Shown piece by piece: positions 44,837 through 47,159 of a DNA stretch of 47,159 nucleotides. The notes beneath the pieces are model-generated. The model was not told the origin of the DNA, did no database searches, and worked only from the letters and a program-made list of their open reading frames with translations. Origin of the DNA: Candidatus Enterousia sp. (GTDB lineage: Bacteria; Pseudomonadota; Alphaproteobacteria; Rs-D84). Every line of letters begins with the position of its first letter. Within the stretch, counting starts at the first letter, position 1. The DNA lies in assembly GCA_045601765.1 (NCBI GenBank), contig JAZSAG010000062.1:1-47159 (forward strand), written 5' to 3'. Both the position numbers and the translations under genes were made by a program.

Positions 44837-45601
44837 ATGACGACTAAAAGTGTTTTTTTATCAGGATTATGTTTTGCACTGGTTGTTGGTGATGTTGTGC
44901 CGGCGGGTGCGGTGCCGACTGTTGTTCCCGATGCCCCGGTTAAAACGGTGATTCAATTGACGTCACGTGATTATGTTGACGGTTTGGTTGCGCCGGTAAA
45001 AAAGATGGTTGATGATCATGATACACTGTTGGGTCATGTTATAATGACAACGACCGTGGATACGGTGACGGGCGCGGTAAACGAATTAAACGATACCAAA
45101 TTAAATATTTCAGGACACGAAGCGGCCCAAATTGTTGTTACGAATGAACTGGGTGCGATTACAACTGCGACGGCTGTTTCCATGGGCCAGGTTAATGGTT
45201 TGACCACAGAATTAAATTCCAAGCAAATTAAATTAACCGAACAAAATTTAAAGGGCAGTGGCAGTGTTGATATCGCATTTGATGAAAATGGTGTTATTAC
45301 TGTTACCGGTGGCGAAGGCATTTCGTACACTGCGGGCGATGCGTATGTATCGGTTAATAATGCCACAGAACAGATTTCTGTGAATGCCGATAAACAAATA
45401 CGCCAGGGAACAGGTCTGGCGACATCCACGGCGGTGGTTGCATATGCATTGCCAAAACCGGTTGATTGCCAGGAATTTACATGTGTATTGTCGGTTGACG
45501 GCAGTGGCGAACCATATTGGATGAAATTAGAACGGTTTTATAATGATGAATCGGATACGGTTTCCGGGGATGATGTGGCACCAACAGATACAACACTGTA
45601 A
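44837..45601 (+). CDS. Secreted fibre-like protein 2
   Basis: Signal-like N-terminus; TSRDYVD, TTTVDTVTGAVNEL, QVNGLTTELNSKQ, YTAGD; C-terminal CQEFTCVLS...YW. Confidence 0.7.
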   Translation: MTTKSVFLSGLCFALVVGDVVPAGAVPTVVPDAPVKTVIQLTSRDYVDGLVAPVKKMVDDHDTLLGHVIMTTTVDTVTGAVNELNDTKLNISGHEAAQIVVTNELGAITTATAVSMGQVNGLTTELNSKQIKLTEQNLKGSGSVDIAFDENGVITVTGGEGISYTAGDAYVSVNNATEQISVNADKQIRQGTGLATSTAVVAYALPKPVDCQEFTCVLSVDGSGEPYWMKLERFYNDESDTVSGDDVAPTDTTL

Positions 45602-45649
45602 TGGTTAATAAATAGGTGTGAAAAAGTTAGGAATAATTGAAAAAAACAC

Positions 45650-45678
45650 TTGTCACGATTTGCAAAAAATGATATCAT
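45650..45678 (+). promoter_or_regulatory. Sigma70-like promoter for the 45808 gene
   Basis: TTGTCA-N17-TATCAT, about 130 nt upstream of the ATG. Confidence 0.5.
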
Positions 45679-45807
45679 TATTACGAATTGAAAATTAATT
45701 TAATGAACAACAACGTATATGGCAGATAGGCGGACCAAGGAAAATAAAGAAATAAACAAAACAAACAAAAAACAAACAACAAGAAAGTTGAAGAAGGGAG
45801 TATATAA

Positions 45808-46740
45808 ATGAAAAAATTAACAGCCGGTATATTGGCATCATTAATTGGTTTGGTATCTGCAAATTCTGCCGACGCAGCCGTCGCATCAAAAGCATACGTT
45901 GATGGTGCGGTTGAATCTTTGGACGTGGCAGCTACTGAGGGTGCTTCTGCCAGACATTTTATTAACAGTGTATCTGAAACAGACGGTAAAATTTCTGCAC
46001 AATATAAAGATTTGCAAGAAGCTATCGTTGGTGGTGGTTCTGTTGAAGTTAGGGTTGTCGAAAGTGGCGACAATGCAGGAAAGTTGGAAGTTTATGGTAC
46101 AGAACATTATGATGAAGGGTTAGGTATTAATATTTCCGATGATAATAAGATTAGTACAGATATCGTGTCGGGGTCTGAGAATGTTAGTGTTACGCCAAGT
46201 GCTGATGGTACACAAGTAGTCATTTCTGTTTCTGAACAAGATATTGCTTCGTATGACTTTGGTGATACAACAACTGTAAATTTGGAAAAAGAAGAGGTTG
46301 ATGGTGGTTTCAAAATTACTGCAACAGGTTTGTATACTGGTGGTAATGGTGTAAATGTTGATGGTAATGTTATTACTACAGATGCTACTGGTACAGGTTC
46401 TGTTACAGTTGACTATAATGAACAAGGGCAGATGGTTATCAATGGCACGGATACAACATATGAAGGTATTCATGATGTAAATATTACAGACGTGAATCAA
46501 GATGGTGTGTTCGAAGTTGGCACAGATTATTATGAAGCAAAGAACACTGATGGCAAGACTGCTACTGAAGGTTGGTATTCTTTGACACGTAAGTGTTCAA
46601 ATGTTGCAGCAGATGGCAGTTTGACAGATACGTCTGTATGTGAATATCAGTGGGAATTGATTGATCGTTCTTATGCTGAGGGTGATTCAGATGTTCCACA
46701 TGATAATGAAGCCGGTAATACACCAGCAACAGGTGCATAA
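45808..46740 (+). CDS. Secreted fibre-like protein 3 (candidate major subunit)
   Basis: Signal peptide ...SADA|A; VASKAYVDG, FINSVSETDGKIS, GLGINISDDNKIST, YTGGNGVNVDGNVIT; C-terminal KC...VCEYQWELI; SD AAGGGAG; T-ending codons typical of highly expressed genes. Confidence 0.75.
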   Translation: MKKLTAGILASLIGLVSANSADAAVASKAYVDGAVESLDVAATEGASARHFINSVSETDGKISAQYKDLQEAIVGGGSVEVRVVESGDNAGKLEVYGTEHYDEGLGINISDDNKISTDIVSGSENVSVTPSADGTQVVISVSEQDIASYDFGDTTTVNLEKEEVDGGFKITATGLYTGGNGVNVDGNVITTDATGTGSVTVDYNEQGQMVINGTDTTYEGIHDVNITDVNQDGVFEVGTDYYEAKNTDGKTATEGWYSLTRKCSNVAADGSLTDTSVCEYQWELIDRSYAEGDSDVPHDNEAGNTPATGA

Positions 46741-46759
46741 TCATTGGTTAGTATAAAAT

Positions 46760-46793
46760 AAAAAAACATGGGGGTTTTCCCCATGTTTTTTTT
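46760..46793. terminator. Intrinsic terminator
   Basis: AAAAAAACATGGGG-GTTTT-CCCCATGTTTTTTTT. Confidence 0.85.
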
Positions 46794-46870
46794 GTTGCCA
46801 TCATCTTTGTCATTGCAAGCGGACGCGCGGCAATCCAGTCTGTTATTCATCCTTAATTTCTTTCGTTCGT

Positions 46871-46966
46871 ATCCCCCGCGTCGGGGGATTTTTTGTGGGC
46901 AAGTGTAAGTTGTTAGTTGTTAGTGGTTAGTGGGAAGTGGTGGTGGGATGATTTTTCTTTTGTCAT
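46871..46966 (-). repeat. Composite intergenic module (REP end, heptamer repeats, hairpin) homologous to 16265-16346
   Basis: The reverse complement reads ATGACAAAAGAAAAATCATCC...ACTAACCACTAACAACTAACAAC.TACACTTGCCCA.AAAAAATCCCCCGA...GGGGGA and aligns with 16266-16345. Confidence 0.7.
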
Positions 46967-47087
46967 CCTGGGGCTTGTTCGGGCCCCGCAAAAATGAAAT
47001 TTTTCCTCTGTCATCCTGGGGCTTGTTTGGGCCCCGCAAAAATGAAATTTTTCCTCTGTCATCCTGGGGCTTGACCCCATGACCCAG
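46961..47087. repeat. 48-bp tandem repeat (about 2.6 copies) of REP-like GTCATCCTGGGGCTTG units
   Basis: Units start at 46961, 47009 and 47057; the last reads TGTCATCCTGGGGCTTGACCCCATGACCCAG, similar to alphaproteobacterial GTCAT-type REP palindromes. Confidence 0.85.
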
Positions 47088-47159
47088 GTTTGGCCTTATT
47101 ATCACTTGCACCCAACGTGGTATTTTGTTCGGTTCGTAATATGAAAACTTAAAACCTTG

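Noticed and set aside
43681-46740. Prophage tail module
   Set aside because: All three proteins have signal-peptide-like N-termini, and no capsid, terminase, baseplate, integrase or lysis genes are present in the window.
46961-47087. CRISPR array or real 63-aa CDS (46920-47111, minus strand)
   Set aside because: The would-be spacers are identical, and the ORF is simply the 48-bp repeat read in frame with no convincing RBS.

Overview
A 47 kb chromosomal window of a gene-dense, AT-rich alphaproteobacterium. The conserved neighbourhoods ruvX/gatCAB, plsY-dprA, uvrC-pgsA and ftsE-ftsX-ydcF-plsC support that assignment; the cysteine-rich secreted orphans and the 'G|RSMIE' pilin suggest a reduced host-associated lineage such as Rs-D84/'Ca. 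Enterousia' (inference). Housekeeping genes: miaB, gatB/gatA/gatC, tRNA-Phe, ruvX, sufB/sufC, rpsT, plsY, dprA, dnaA, parE, dnaJ, pgsA, uvrC, rluC, dnaN, ppa, efp, fba, tolB, plsC, ftsX and ftsE. Most notable observations: (1) a DnaA apparently lacking sensor I, the arginine finger and sensor II, preceded by a phased 52-bp tandem array and a triple 11-bp palindrome array; (2) an outer-membrane barrel gene followed by three signal-peptide proteins built from phage-tail-fibre/beta-spiral-like repeats, a candidate undescribed surface-fibre system; (3) a family of ~105-bp palindromic elements with a constant core, interchangeable stems and tandem GA/GA internal loops, starting at stop codons; (4) a ribbon-helix-helix (RHH) gene plus dinD-like gene whose promoter carries a 7 x 12-bp phased array; (5) scattered type IVb-pilus-like and VirB2-like genes, and orphan proteins with basic C-terminal tails inside the gat operon. 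All protein identities come from motif recognition by eye, not from database searches.
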